Source: Fidelibacterota bacterium (GTDB lineage: Bacteria; Fidelibacterota; UBA2242). Taken from it: a stretch of DNA of 64,000 bases. A model generated the notes under the pieces. The model was not told the origin of the DNA. It saw nothing but the letters and a program-made list of their open reading frames with translations, and did not search any database. The position numbers and the translations under genes are program-made. The stretch is from assembly GCA_016782645.1 (NCBI GenBank), contig JADHYC010000003.1, forward strand, positions 2,819-66,818, in the 5' to 3' direction. Positions 28,601-38,702 of this stretch are shown here, in pieces (the first letter of the stretch is position 1; each line of letters opens with the position of its first letter).

Positions 28601-29810
28601 TATGGAAGGCGGCGAAACATGGGCTTTTGATTCTCCAACATCTTTACATTCATATTTTAATATTAATGGGACAAGCGATGGTTCCGGAGATACTCAATTT
28701 ATCATTGGACAATCAGACAGTTATACTGAAGGCTTAGAATTTTCTTACAGTGGTGATAATTCCTACATGGATCGCTTAAGTCCTATTAATCCGGCAGTTT
28801 CTGTGTTCAAGAATCAAAATCCTTCCTATGTAAATACAGTTGCTAATGACGCTGAAGTGTATAAAACAATTGGAGTAAGTTTTGAGTTTGGTGGACTTGT
28901 TGACGACGGTGATACTAATACCAAGGAATTTCTACTAGGAAAAATGCTGGAATTTTTCGACATCGGTCTAACCGAACCTGGTCTTTGCGATTCCTGGATA
29001 AAGGGCGATCCGGATAATAATCTAATAATAAATGTTCTTGATATTGTGAAAGTTATTGGGTTTATTCTGGAAACTAGTAACCCTGACACATGCCAGAAAT
29101 GGGCGAGTGATCTTAATGAGGATAATAAAATTGATGTGTTAGATTTAGTGCCGATGATTAATATTATATTAAATCAAAGTTCAAAAGGGATGGCAAAAAG
29201 AAATTATGATATTGCTACAAGGTCTACAATTATACACGATGGTAGAATAGTAAGAATTATATCCGATGGTTCAATAGCAGCAATTCAACTCAAACTGAAA
29301 AGTAATGATGCGGATGCTGTTAAATTTTATCCTTCTGATGATTTAAATTCTATGGAATGGATGGTAGAAAAAGTTAATGACGGAATTAATGTTGTAATTT
29401 TCAGTACACAGAGAATGTTTTTACTTAAAGAAGCAAAACTTTTTACCATAGATGGAAATTTTGAAGTTGAAAATGTCGTAATAGCAAATGCTTTAGGTGA
29501 CCGTGTTGAGAATGGTGTTCAGGTTATTCCTTTAACTTTTACTCTTAGACAGAATTATCCAAACCCTTTTAATCCAAGTACTAAGATCAGCTACGAAATA
29601 CCAAAAGAATCTGATGTAAGACTAGCGATCTTTAATATCAGAGGTGAATTAGTTACATGGATAGTTGATTGTCGTAGTTACCCAGAGTATTATGAGGTTG
29701 AATGGGATGGCAAAAATGAAAGAGGGTATAGTGTAGCATCAGGAATCTACTTCTATCGTATCCAGGCTGGGTCGTATGTGAAGACTATGAAGATGGTGTT
29801 GATGAAGTAG
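25653..29810 (+). CDS. Peptidase C25 (gingipain-like cysteine protease) with dockerin-like module and T9SS C-terminal sorting domain
   Basis: Signal peptide. Catalytic His (NYIGHGSGTSW) and Cys (IIDVSCSNGSF) context of C25. Dockerin-like duplicated segments (GDPDNNLIINVLDIVKVI / DLNEDNKIDVLDLVPMI). C-terminal NYPNPFNPSTKISYEIP...IYFYRI is a type-A T9SS CTD. Confidence 0.85.
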   Translation: MKFLKILFFYAIFFAISFARPTWVSLDSSDETKPLVEVLSSNQDETVLKFQLNGFYVDEIEINGEIYSMFSVPNLTTLHKKSLPDFPKFTGSIIVPDDAKMMYTIEYEDWAEYKYYAPVPSKGAISRNIDPATVPYVFSEIYDKNEPFPGENIELGAPYILRDYRGLTVRFVPFQYIPDKGIIRVCREIVVKVSKVGAGEINTKSRERDSARIPKNLQNLYKAHFINYEYVTRGKYEQLSEPGKLIVITYDDFVNDVQELVDWKIQKGLETDLVPLSTIGSSSSDIKDYLQDQYDSEESFTYVILVGDAQQIPPLYGTVESAASDGSYCLLEGDDFYSDAFISRISAQNSSQVLNQISKIVNYEKSPDTGVNADWYSKGTGIASDELGGTELRDWERADFLRDMLLSFTYTEIDQIYDPGATSSQVINAVSEGRSILNYIGHGSGTSWGTTGFSVSHVSQLSNGHKIPFIIDVSCSNGSFTGYSDCLAEAWVKAGTSENPKGAIGMFSASTGASWVPPCVMQHEAIELLTTNQKQSVGGLVFHGIYATLDEYPDNDGVAVMEQYNLFGDCSLIIRTTPPDYLYTSHQPVIIVGSQTFDVSMSGTPDVLVSLSKDSVLYASGETNIAGYVTLQLKEEINEPGEFILTATAFNKVPLIKTIQAITPEGPWLTFQDYTIEDTGSGNGNRKWDFGEMIDLYVSLKNVGIDSALNPVTKISTEDQYVVIIQDSSSYPDIDSAGVEQNEVAFTMTANVNTPNSHYAEFHIGTFVNDTLGWDNKFSIPIYSPLIGLLDFTLNVVGGNGDDVFDAGETAQLIVSLENTGGSTAENVVGTISTDDQYLTIQNATYNYGIVFADGGTVINSSYPYLIGALPTTPVEHHVELNLAITGDNGYLTNLSIDFIIGFPEILVWDKDGNHNSGTVLNALVTDSLGKSSNYVIGSLPSDNLSYYKAIFIFLGVSPDNYKLTESDAELLVEFLNNGGCIYMEGGETWAFDSPTSLHSYFNINGTSDGSGDTQFIIGQSDSYTEGLEFSYSGDNSYMDRLSPINPAVSVFKNQNPSYVNTVANDAEVYKTIGVSFEFGGLVDDGDTNTKEFLLGKMLEFFDIGLTEPGLCDSWIKGDPDNNLIINVLDIVKVIGFILETSNPDTCQKWASDLNEDNKIDVLDLVPMINIILNQSSKGMAKRNYDIATRSTIIHDGRIVRIISDGSIAAIQLKLKSNDADAVKFYPSDDLNSMEWMVEKVNDGINVVIFSTQRMFLLKEAKLFTIDGNFEVENVVIANALGDRVENGVQVIPLTFTLRQNYPNPFNPSTKISYEIPKESDVRLAIFNIRGELVTWIVDCRSYPEYYEVEWDGKNERGYSVASGIYFYRIQAGSYVKTMKMVLMK

Positions 29811-29976
29811 TATCAAATGACCATCGCACTGATGTAATTTTGAACTATATTTAACGCCGGTAATCAGCCGCGCTGCTTTTTGCGTCGGCTGAATTAGCCT
29901 TGTTAGCCCTGAATGTTTACGGACTCATTTAACACCATAAACCAATAAATCAATGTTCTGAAATCTTGTTGCAAGA

Positions 29977-30612
29977 CTAGGCCGAATCCGTAACAAGGTC
30001 ATTTTTCTTTAAATTAGACCGGAGAGCTCTTTTAATGACATATAAGAGTATAGTACCTAATACAGCCACAATAGCCAATATGATGGAATAAAATTCTAAT
30101 TCACCAACCAACATCTTTTTAATATCGAGCCTAAATTCTTCAAATGACAGAAAGTCATAGATACGTCGCCATTTTATAGTAGTAGATGGTGGCACCGTAG
30201 TGAATACGCGGTATGGCTCTGTTAACGGCTTATTGCCAGCCTTAAGAACATTTTTAACTCGAATAGCAAAAATAGCTTTTATACGATCATAGTCAACTTC
30301 TGGTATCATCACCTCATTCGTAGCGCTCTGATTATCTGGAGATATTTTAACTGGATCTACATTTTCCTTAACTGGATCATTTATATCTGATTTTCTGATT
30401 GCAGTTTCAGACTTCATAAAATCTAACATTACAGGCCATGATGGATGATCAATGCCTAAAACTGTAGCCAAAATGGGCTTACCATCCTCTTCACTGATAA
30501 TCTCACCGTCCTTCGTTAAAGGCTGAGGATCATCTGCAAGAATCTCTATAGCCTTCATAGCCGATTTGTAACGAGTGTAATAAGGCAATATTTTTGATGA
30601 TACACTATCCAA
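29977..30612 (-). CDS. Hypothetical tail-anchored membrane protein
   Basis: Single C-terminal TM helix (FYSIILAIVAVLGTILLYVI). No recognised domain. Confidence 0.45.
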   Translation of the reverse strand: MDSVSSKILPYYTRYKSAMKAIEILADDPQPLTKDGEIISEEDGKPILATVLGIDHPSWPVMLDFMKSETAIRKSDINDPVKENVDPVKISPDNQSATNEVMIPEVDYDRIKAIFAIRVKNVLKAGNKPLTEPYRVFTTVPPSTTIKWRRIYDFLSFEEFRLDIKKMLVGELEFYSIILAIVAVLGTILLYVIKRALRSNLKKNDLVTDSA

Positions 30613-30775
30613 TTTAAGGCCAGCAGCCAGTATCAGGCCGCATAAAGTTTAGGGCATAGGTTAATATAGTAAGCCCACTGATTATTCGATTCACTAACCT
30701 TCTAACTTTCTTTTCATCCATTATTTTCACCTACAAATTATCGAAGTGGATCAACAGAGGTTGGAGCGCTAACAT

Positions 30776-32602
30776 CTAATTATACATTTTTTCCCTGTTA
30801 TCAATAATTTCAGCATTTTTCTCTAACTCTTTTGTCCAATTATTATAAATAGAGGTCTTTTTGCGAGTTAGAAGTTTATCGCGAATTACTTCTTTTTCCA
30901 CTTTGTATTTTTCATCATCAATATCTGCCCTTGACAACAATTTAACTATTACTATTTGGTTTCCAATACTTATCGGTTTGGAAATCTGTCCCGGTTTCAG
31001 GGCTAAAATAGTACCGGTTAAAAGATTTGATCTACTTAACCCTTTTAATGGCTTATTTAGAGTTACTGATTCATGTTTAGTATAATTGAGTTTTGGATTG
31101 GTTTTTACCGCAAATTCAAGGCTTGGATTTTCATCAAGCTCGTTATAAAATTCATTTGCTATTTTAGTAAGTTTTTCTGTTCTTTTAGTTTTTAGTAAAG
31201 GGGATTTAATTTGATCCTTCACATTGTCTATTGATTTATACAAAGCTACATTTATTGAATCGAGTTTTAAGATCACATAACCATTTTCTGTACTTAGAAC
31301 TTCAGAAATTGAACCTAGCGGTTTATTTGAAAAAGCAAAGCGAGCAGCTTGAGGAAAATGTCCAATACCTGAAACATATTTACTCTTTTCTTTAACAGGT
31401 GAGGATGTTTGGATTTTAAGGTTATGACTATCAGCAGCAGCGGCAAATCCATATTCATTAGCGTCAAAAGCAAAAAGATTGGATTTTGAACGTATATGTT
31501 CCAATGTTTCAGGACCGGGCTTTATTTTTAATAAAATATGACTAGCTTTGACCTGCTTTTCGCCATTTTTATTGCGCTTATCTTCTACTTTGATGATATG
31601 ATAGCCGAATCTTGTTAAAACCGGGTCTGTGATATCACCTATTTTGACGGAGAAAGCAGCTCTCTCAAAAGCAGGAACCATTTGCCCTTTGCCAAACCAT
31701 CCGAGATCGCCGCCACTTTTCACTCCACTGGGGTCTTCAGTGTATTCTGTTGCAACAGTTTCGAATGATTCTCCATTTTCAATACGGTTTTTAAGGTTCA
31801 TTGCGAGCTGATATACTGAAATTGAATCAGAAGATGTGGGCTTAATGTCAAGGAAAATATAATTAAGAATGCGAGTTTCCTCTACAAAGAACTTCTCTTT
31901 GTTTTCATAATAGTATGATGATATTTCCTCATCGGTAATCGGGAAGCTATCATTTTTTACAATAGAAAAAGGGAAAGTAAGGGATTCTACATCAAAATTC
32001 ACATTTGAAGTAGTGTATTCAGACAATATTTCTTTATCACTTACCATTGCCTGGCTTTGGATAAAAATTCTGATTTTTTCAAAGGGTATGGTAGCGCGTA
32101 TGTATTGTTCTACTCCAAACCATTCATCTCCTTGGGGATTATGAAGGCGATCTAAGTATTTTTGGTGATCGAATTTTCCATCTGTCTGAAATACTTCATT
32201 TTCGATAAGGAACTTAGGTGGGTTATTTTCAAGAATATCATAAATCTCATTGTCAGTAGCTTGTAAACCAAGGCGTTCTATTTCTTCAATGACTAAAGTT
32301 TCAGTTACAAATCTGTTCCAAATCTGATCGGAGATTCTATCTACAGTTATATCATCAATTTCCTGTCCTTTTTCTCGAATATTACTTAATTCAGTTTGAA
32401 TTAATTCGGAAAAGCGAGTGGCGTCTAATTTATTGCCATTGACTATCCCTGCAATTCCCTGTAGTTTGGATTTTCCTGATATGATGTCCATAATATTTGC
32501 TCCACCAACAAGTCCACCGATTGTCATACTCAAAACAAAGACAATTATCAAAGCCCAAAGAATGATGTGCATGTTATGTCTCAAATTTGTCATTAATCCC
32601 AT
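30776..32602 (-). CDS. ppiD: Periplasmic chaperone / peptidyl-prolyl cis-trans isomerase, PpiD/SurA-like (parvulin domain)
   Basis: N-terminal TM anchor. Parvulin PPIC motif GGDLGWFGKGQMVPAFERAAFS...GYHIIKV; ~600 aa architecture of PpiD. Confidence 0.75.
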   Translation of the reverse strand: MGLMTNLRHNMHIILWALIIVFVLSMTIGGLVGGANIMDIISGKSKLQGIAGIVNGNKLDATRFSELIQTELSNIREKGQEIDDITVDRISDQIWNRFVTETLVIEEIERLGLQATDNEIYDILENNPPKFLIENEVFQTDGKFDHQKYLDRLHNPQGDEWFGVEQYIRATIPFEKIRIFIQSQAMVSDKEILSEYTTSNVNFDVESLTFPFSIVKNDSFPITDEEISSYYYENKEKFFVEETRILNYIFLDIKPTSSDSISVYQLAMNLKNRIENGESFETVATEYTEDPSGVKSGGDLGWFGKGQMVPAFERAAFSVKIGDITDPVLTRFGYHIIKVEDKRNKNGEKQVKASHILLKIKPGPETLEHIRSKSNLFAFDANEYGFAAAADSHNLKIQTSSPVKEKSKYVSGIGHFPQAARFAFSNKPLGSISEVLSTENGYVILKLDSINVALYKSIDNVKDQIKSPLLKTKRTEKLTKIANEFYNELDENPSLEFAVKTNPKLNYTKHESVTLNKPLKGLSRSNLLTGTILALKPGQISKPISIGNQIVIVKLLSRADIDDEKYKVEKEVIRDKLLTRKKTSIYNNWTKELEKNAEIIDNREKMYN

Positions 32603-32952
32603 GATTTTATTAAACCTCCTAATTAATTTTCACATGTAAAAAACAGTTGTTAAATTTAGCAATTATTAAATGTCAGGCAAACTCAAATTATTGATGTAAA
32701 AAATAAATAATGTTCACTGGATTAATAGGTGTCTGAACAAACCCGTTTTAATCCACCAGCTGGCGGACAAACGGGTTTTGTGGTTTTATATTATTGTATT
32801 TACATCAATGTCAGTAGTGAGCTCATGGAACAACAGGAAACTCAAATAGGAGTGTTTGAGTTACGGAAAACCGGTGCTTTTGTCCCAAATAGTCGGGATC
32901 TCTCTGAGGGGAACGAGAATAGGGGGGTACCTCTTTAATAGGAAAATGTGGG

Positions 32953-35900
32953 CTATTCCTTCGATTCCATTACTACTTTATACAATGCTTCACCCAGTTC
33001 TTCAATTTTATAAGGTTTGGCAACAACTCCAACAAAACCATATTTTTCAAATTCAGACATTATAGGATCATTATAGTATCCGCTGGATACAATGGCTTTA
33101 GCATCAGGATCAATTTTTAATAGTTTCTTAATGGCATATTTGCCTCCCATACCGCCAGGTATAGTTAAATCCATTATAACGGCATCAAAAGGTATGCTGG
33201 ATTTTAAGGTATTTTTATATAAACTAATTGTCTCATTACCATCTTTTGCAAATTCTATCTCATATCCAAGGTTTTCGATCATTTTACCAGCGACTTCTCT
33301 GAGCAGCTCATCATCATCCATTAACAAGATCCTACCTTTGCCAGTGAGAGGTTTTCCTTCCCTTTTTCCCTCTTCAAGTGCTTTTTTCGTAGATGCAGGA
33401 AGATATATAGAGAATTTTGTGCCAACTCCTAACTTAGAATCTACTGTGATCAGACCATCATGATTTTTTATTATTGAAAAAACGGTTGCGAGACCAAGTC
33501 CACTTCCCTTTGTTTTTGTTGTGAAGTAAGGGTCAAATATTTTATTTAGATACTTCTCTGATATTCCAATTCCCTGATCTTCAATATTTATCTTTACATA
33601 TTTACCAGCATTGAGAAATAAGGTACTTTCCTTTCCGATATTAATGTTTTCAACGTTTATCACAATAGTTCCACCATCAGGCATAGCCTGATCCGCATTG
33701 ATTACCAGATTGTTGATTACTTGACTTATCTGACCCCTATCAATTTCAACCTGCCTGATATCGTGAGGGATGGCAAATTTACAAATAACGTTGGAACCGG
33801 TAAGTGCAAAAGTTGCTGACTCTTTTAACAAATTAACAACAGAAGCAATTTCCTTAACTGGCGCACCACCATTTGAAAATGTAAGCAACCGTTGAGTGAG
33901 ATCCTTTGCTCTCATAGATGCTTTTTCTGCCCTTACTAATCTATCGTATACCTTATCCTCTGGCTTTGCGTACATTTTCGCTAGAGTGATATTGCCAAAT
34001 ATGGCTGTGAGTATGTTATTAAAATCGTGTGCAATACCGCCTGCAAGGATTCCGATTGATTCAAGTTTCTGGCTTTTCAGTGCTTCTTCTTCTAATTTCT
34101 TGCGTTCGGTTATATCACGAAAAAAGACCATATCGGCAGGTTTCCCTTGCCAGATTGTTCTTGTGGCAGTCACTTCTATTGGCAATTCTACGCCATCTTT
34201 TCGTAATAGTGTTGCTTCGAAGAAATTATCAATAGGTTTTCCTTTAATTCTAATTCTTCTTTTGGATCTATTTAATACTTTTTCAGTGTTGCTATGAGGA
34301 GTTAAGTCCTTTAAATTAAGTTTTAATAACTCTTTTATGCTATATCCGGTTAACTCAGCAGACCTTCTATTTACGTAGACATAATCTCCGTCCTCATTAT
34401 TTATTGCGATACTATCAAATGCATTTTGAGCTAGAGATTTAAAGTTAGCTTCACTATCTCTTATAGCTTTTTCAGATTTTTTTCGCTTAGTGATATTTCT
34501 TATTACTGCAAAAGTGGCTTTGTCACCTTTGTACTCTATTATTGTAACATTGGCTTCAACGTCAATTGTTGTACCATCCTTCTTCTTAAATACAGTTTCA
34601 TATCGAGAGGGCACATATTTTCCCCGGTCTCTTAGTCTCTTACGTTCCATTAGAATTTCAACACTTTTTTCAGTATAAATATCTCGATAATCTTTCATAA
34701 ACAGCTCATCATAAGTGTACCCAAGCATCTCAGAAAATTGTTTATTAAAGAAGATGAATTTATCCCTCTGACTGATGACAATTCCATCATTTATACTCTC
34801 TACTAATAAGCGGTATTTTTCCTCGCTTTCCTGCACTTTTTCATCGGAACGTTTATGCTCAATAGAGAGTCCAATCTGACTTGATACAAATTCCAGGAGT
34901 TCCAGGTCTTTTTCATTATAAGCGTTCTCATCGGTGTAACTCTGAACCACAAGAGCACCTACTACTTCATTTTCTACTTTCAAAGGTACTCCAAGCCATA
35001 CCTTTGAAAGCGTACCAACGACTTCTACCTTTCCAGATTTAATCAACTCTTTTAATTTTTTTTGTTTAGCTAAAAGAGATTTTTCATTCTTTATAACATA
35101 GGCTGTACATGTCTTTCCAGCTGGAAAAGTTTCAAAATGGTCTTTTTCATCTGCAAAGTATGGAAGGGAAATTTTTTCTTCTTCTTTATTATACAGCGCA
35201 ATAAAGAAATTTGTTGTGTCTAAGACTTTACCAAGTTCAAGCTGGATTATTCTGGAAAGTTCACCCATACTTTTTGTAGCATGTACGGAAGTGGCAATCT
35301 GGTACAACGATTTTTGGATTATTTCTGCCCGCTTGCGTTCGGTGATATCTCTAAAAATATTTGCAAAATGCCCAATTTTGGGGCAGAAGGATGTGATTTC
35401 ATACCATCTTCCAAATCTTGGGTAGTAGTCAATAAAATATTCTGCTTCGCCAGTTTGAGCAACTCTGGCATATCTTTCTATGAATGGTGTGTCTCTTCCA
35501 TATACCTCTGTTGCTCTTTTACCCTCTATATCTTCTCTCTTCCAGGACAGAATTCTTTCAGTGGCACTATTTACTTTCTCAAGAATGTAATCAACAGGTT
35601 TTCCATTTTTATCTACAATAAGTTTGTGTACTACTAGTCCATCCATCATATTTTCAAATAGCTCTCTGTAATCCCTTTCAGAATTACGAAGTGCTTCTTC
35701 AGCTTTCTTTCGTTCGGTGATGTCCAAAAGTTGTGCTACGCTTTTTATTCTACCTTTTGAATCCTTAATAATTGTAGAACTGATTTCCACTCGTCTGCTT
35801 ATACCATTTGGTCTTACGATGTTGAATTCATATCTTGGAGGAACGTCTTCTCCTTTTTGCCTGCGAATATAATAATCTGTTACCAAAGTAAGACTTTCTC

Positions 35901-37065
35901 CGTCAAGAAATTCACGGAAATCCTTGCCTATGATTTCAGTGCGTGGACGGTCAAGGATTTTACAAAATTCATCGTTTACATACAGAAATTTATAGTCATC
36001 ATCGATAATAATAATTCCATCATGAGAATTTTCCACAATTGAGCGAAATCGTTCTTCACTTTTATGTAGTGTCTCTTCTGCCTGCTTGCGTTCGGTGATA
36101 TCCGAAGATATACCTATATATGCGATAGTATTACCTTTATCATCTTTCAGAATTGATGTTGAAAGTTCTATTGGAAATTCAGTACCATCTTTTCTCACAT
36201 TGAGGAGTTCGCCTTTCCAACTACCTTTCATTGTTGAAGAACGAATCTTTTCCTTAAGGTTTTTAGGGTTGCTTGGAGAAAAAATAAGATTAATTGTTTT
36301 TCCTAAAATTTCATTTTCTTTAAAACCATAAGTTTCAAGAAATGTTTTGTTTATAAAAATAATTTTATGATCTTTATTTGTAACGCTGACGCATTCTTTC
36401 ATGCTTTTGACAGTCTGGGATAGCATCGTTAGTTCTTTGTTAATAGCTTTAAGTTCCTCCTCAGCACGCTTAAGTTCTGTGATATCAGTTTGAGTTCCCC
36501 ACGCTTCGATAAGTTTTCCATTTTTTATTGTTGCTGTCATAGAGTTTGAAAAATATTTTTCTTCACCGTTTTTGTCAATCTCATGTGAAATTCCACCTGA
36601 AATCTGAAATCCATTATGGATAAAGGTTTTAAGATATTCTCTATTTTCAGGGTTATCGGGCATGACTTCAGAGAGCTGAATACCCAAAATTTCACTTTTT
36701 ATCGTTCCCATCATCTTGGCGTATGTTTCATTACATTCCACACACTTGCTTTTGAAGAATTTGTTGAGCATTTTGTCTTCTGGTAGAGTTATATCAACGG
36801 GATTTTTAACTCTAAAGCACCAAATACCAACTGTACTGGAATCAATAAAATTTCTGAGTTTTTCTTCGCTATTTTTTAGCTCTCTTTCTACCTTCTTGTG
36901 TTTGATTTTTCCTGATTCTAGGTCTGCAATTCGTTGACGCATTTCTGTCAATTCATTTATTAATTGTTCTTTCGTTTTTCCTGTCTGCGTCTTCTTTGTG
37001 TTGTGGCAGCGATGAGTAGGTAACATGGCAGATAGATCTTTATCTTTCATTATTTTTTTCTCCAA
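32953..37065 (-). CDS. Multi-PAS/GAF hybrid sensor histidine kinase with C-terminal receiver domain (1370 aa)
   Basis: At least six PAS-like repeats (recurring ITERK(K/R)AEE linkers), a GAF-like region, HisKA (GGIAHDFNNILTAI), HATPase_c (GSGLGLATVFSII), and C-terminal REC (ILLMDDDELLREV...DLTIPGGMGG). Confidence 0.85.
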   Translation of the reverse strand: MEKKIMKDKDLSAMLPTHRCHNTKKTQTGKTKEQLINELTEMRQRIADLESGKIKHKKVERELKNSEEKLRNFIDSSTVGIWCFRVKNPVDITLPEDKMLNKFFKSKCVECNETYAKMMGTIKSEILGIQLSEVMPDNPENREYLKTFIHNGFQISGGISHEIDKNGEEKYFSNSMTATIKNGKLIEAWGTQTDITELKRAEEELKAINKELTMLSQTVKSMKECVSVTNKDHKIIFINKTFLETYGFKENEILGKTINLIFSPSNPKNLKEKIRSSTMKGSWKGELLNVRKDGTEFPIELSTSILKDDKGNTIAYIGISSDITERKQAEETLHKSEERFRSIVENSHDGIIIIDDDYKFLYVNDEFCKILDRPRTEIIGKDFREFLDGESLTLVTDYYIRRQKGEDVPPRYEFNIVRPNGISRRVEISSTIIKDSKGRIKSVAQLLDITERKKAEEALRNSERDYRELFENMMDGLVVHKLIVDKNGKPVDYILEKVNSATERILSWKREDIEGKRATEVYGRDTPFIERYARVAQTGEAEYFIDYYPRFGRWYEITSFCPKIGHFANIFRDITERKRAEIIQKSLYQIATSVHATKSMGELSRIIQLELGKVLDTTNFFIALYNKEEEKISLPYFADEKDHFETFPAGKTCTAYVIKNEKSLLAKQKKLKELIKSGKVEVVGTLSKVWLGVPLKVENEVVGALVVQSYTDENAYNEKDLELLEFVSSQIGLSIEHKRSDEKVQESEEKYRLLVESINDGIVISQRDKFIFFNKQFSEMLGYTYDELFMKDYRDIYTEKSVEILMERKRLRDRGKYVPSRYETVFKKKDGTTIDVEANVTIIEYKGDKATFAVIRNITKRKKSEKAIRDSEANFKSLAQNAFDSIAINNEDGDYVYVNRRSAELTGYSIKELLKLNLKDLTPHSNTEKVLNRSKRRIRIKGKPIDNFFEATLLRKDGVELPIEVTATRTIWQGKPADMVFFRDITERKKLEEEALKSQKLESIGILAGGIAHDFNNILTAIFGNITLAKMYAKPEDKVYDRLVRAEKASMRAKDLTQRLLTFSNGGAPVKEIASVVNLLKESATFALTGSNVICKFAIPHDIRQVEIDRGQISQVINNLVINADQAMPDGGTIVINVENINIGKESTLFLNAGKYVKINIEDQGIGISEKYLNKIFDPYFTTKTKGSGLGLATVFSIIKNHDGLITVDSKLGVGTKFSIYLPASTKKALEEGKREGKPLTGKGRILLMDDDELLREVAGKMIENLGYEIEFAKDGNETISLYKNTLKSSIPFDAVIMDLTIPGGMGGKYAIKKLLKIDPDAKAIVSSGYYNDPIMSEFEKYGFVGVVAKPYKIEELGEALYKVVMESKE

Positions 37066-37282
37066 AGATAAAAGTAGAAAATATTTTAATAAGGTTGAGA
37101 TGATCTCTCAAGATCATTTAGTTCCTTGGCTTTAGGTTGGGAATGAATAATAATTTCGACAGTTCTGGTGATATTTGTAAAAATTTCAGCAATTTTAAAA
37201 GAATTAAATGGCTAAATATTACTACGATTGCTCATGAGTTCTACTTAATATTTTACCCCTTTAAAATATACTGAATATTTTC

Positions 37283-38554
37283 TTATTGTAAAAGATTAAC
37301 AAGAAACAGGCTAATATCGGGTATATACGTAATAACTATTAAAGCTGCTAAGAGAATAAATAAAAATGGGAGGCTGACTTTATAAAGAGTCAGGATTGGT
37401 TTATTAAATCGAAAGCTTGAGATGAAAAGATTCAGTCCTATCGGGGGTGTTAAATATCCTATTTCCAGATTGGTTAGAAAGATTATCCCCAGATGAATTG
37501 GATTAATTCCATAATTTGTTGCAATTGGAATAATAATTGGAACAACAATGATTATCGCTGAAAATATATCAAGTAATGCACCAGTAATGAGTAAAAATAT
37601 ATTAAGTAAGAGTAGAAACGCTATTTTCGAGGAGATGATGCTCTGTATCCAGTGAAGAATGCTCTGTGGTATTTGTGCATCAATCAAGAATGCTGTAAGT
37701 CCCATTGAACAGCTTAAAATAATGAGGATTCCACCCACAAGTTGTACGCTATCTCGCATAATGCGGACAATATCTTTTTTAAATTTTAAGTCTCTCTTTA
37801 TGAAAAACTCTGCAATGAGAACATAGAAAGCAGTAACTGCAGAAGCTTCAACTGCAGTAACGTACCCTCCATATATACCGCCTAATATGATAATTGGAAT
37901 AGGTAATTCCCAGATTGATTCCCTTATCGCTACTAATACTTTTTTAATAGAAAAAGATTTTTTAATACTCAGCTTTGAAACATCTTTCTTAATTGAGTAT
38001 AAAGATAGGAGAACAATAATAAGTATTCCTGGGATAATACCCGCAATGAAAAGTTTATTAATGGAAACTGAAGCGACAATACCATATAAAATTAATGGAA
38101 GACTTGGGGGAAAGAGTAGACCGAGACTTCCAGAACAGGTTATTAATCCTAAAGAGAAATTTTCGCTGTACTTTTTACTTTTGAGAATGGGATAAATAAG
38201 TCCACCAATTGCTATGATTGTGATACCAGATGCGCCTGTAAAACAGGTAAATAAAGCGCAAGTTACTAAAGAGACGATAGCGACTCCACCAGGCATCCAA
38301 CCAAGAAAAGCATCAGCAAGATTGAATAGTCTCTTTGGTGCATTACTTTCCGCAAGAATATATCCGGTAAGTGTAAAAAGAGGAATAGCCAGAAGTGTAG
38401 GGGCAGAAGCAATTCTGTATAATTCAACTATGACAACAGTTGGATCAATATCTGTAATTAAAAATTGGAAAACAGCCGAAATACCGATAGCTGCAAAGAG
38501 CGGCAAGCCGATCATTATTAATATTATAACGAAAAGTAAAATTCCTAATGACAT
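37283..38554 (-). CDS. dctM: TRAP transporter large permease subunit
   Basis: ~12 TM helices. Family-typical length and glycine-rich TM segments. Downstream of dctQ/dctP. Confidence 0.9.
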   Translation of the reverse strand: MSLGILLFVIILIMIGLPLFAAIGISAVFQFLITDIDPTVVIVELYRIASAPTLLAIPLFTLTGYILAESNAPKRLFNLADAFLGWMPGGVAIVSLVTCALFTCFTGASGITIIAIGGLIYPILKSKKYSENFSLGLITCSGSLGLLFPPSLPLILYGIVASVSINKLFIAGIIPGILIIVLLSLYSIKKDVSKLSIKKSFSIKKVLVAIRESIWELPIPIIILGGIYGGYVTAVEASAVTAFYVLIAEFFIKRDLKFKKDIVRIMRDSVQLVGGILIILSCSMGLTAFLIDAQIPQSILHWIQSIISSKIAFLLLLNIFLLITGALLDIFSAIIIVVPIIIPIATNYGINPIHLGIIFLTNLEIGYLTPPIGLNLFISSFRFNKPILTLYKVSLPFLFILLAALIVITYIPDISLFLVNLLQ

Positions 38555-38562
38555 TTTTGTGA

Positions 38563-38577
38563 TTGACTATTGACTAT
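38563..38577. repeat. Heptamer tandem repeat (TTGACTA)x2, directly upstream of the dctM start
   Basis: ttgactattgactat. The same heptamer appears, in the same gene-relative orientation, at 62204-62230 upstream of smc. Confidence 0.7.
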
Positions 38578-38702
38578 CATTATTCGCTCCGCTACCCTGA
38601 TCGTCCCGATTCATTGGGAGCAGGCGGGGATTTATAAATTGATGATAAATTTTCATTTCACTATGATTGATAATTGATAATTGATTACTGCCACTTTTCA
38701 CC

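Noticed and set aside
38555-38702. CRISPR array or other phased repeats at the heptamer-repeat loci
   Set aside because: The units are only 7 nt with 2-3 copies and no spacers. This is far below CRISPR repeat/spacer dimensions.
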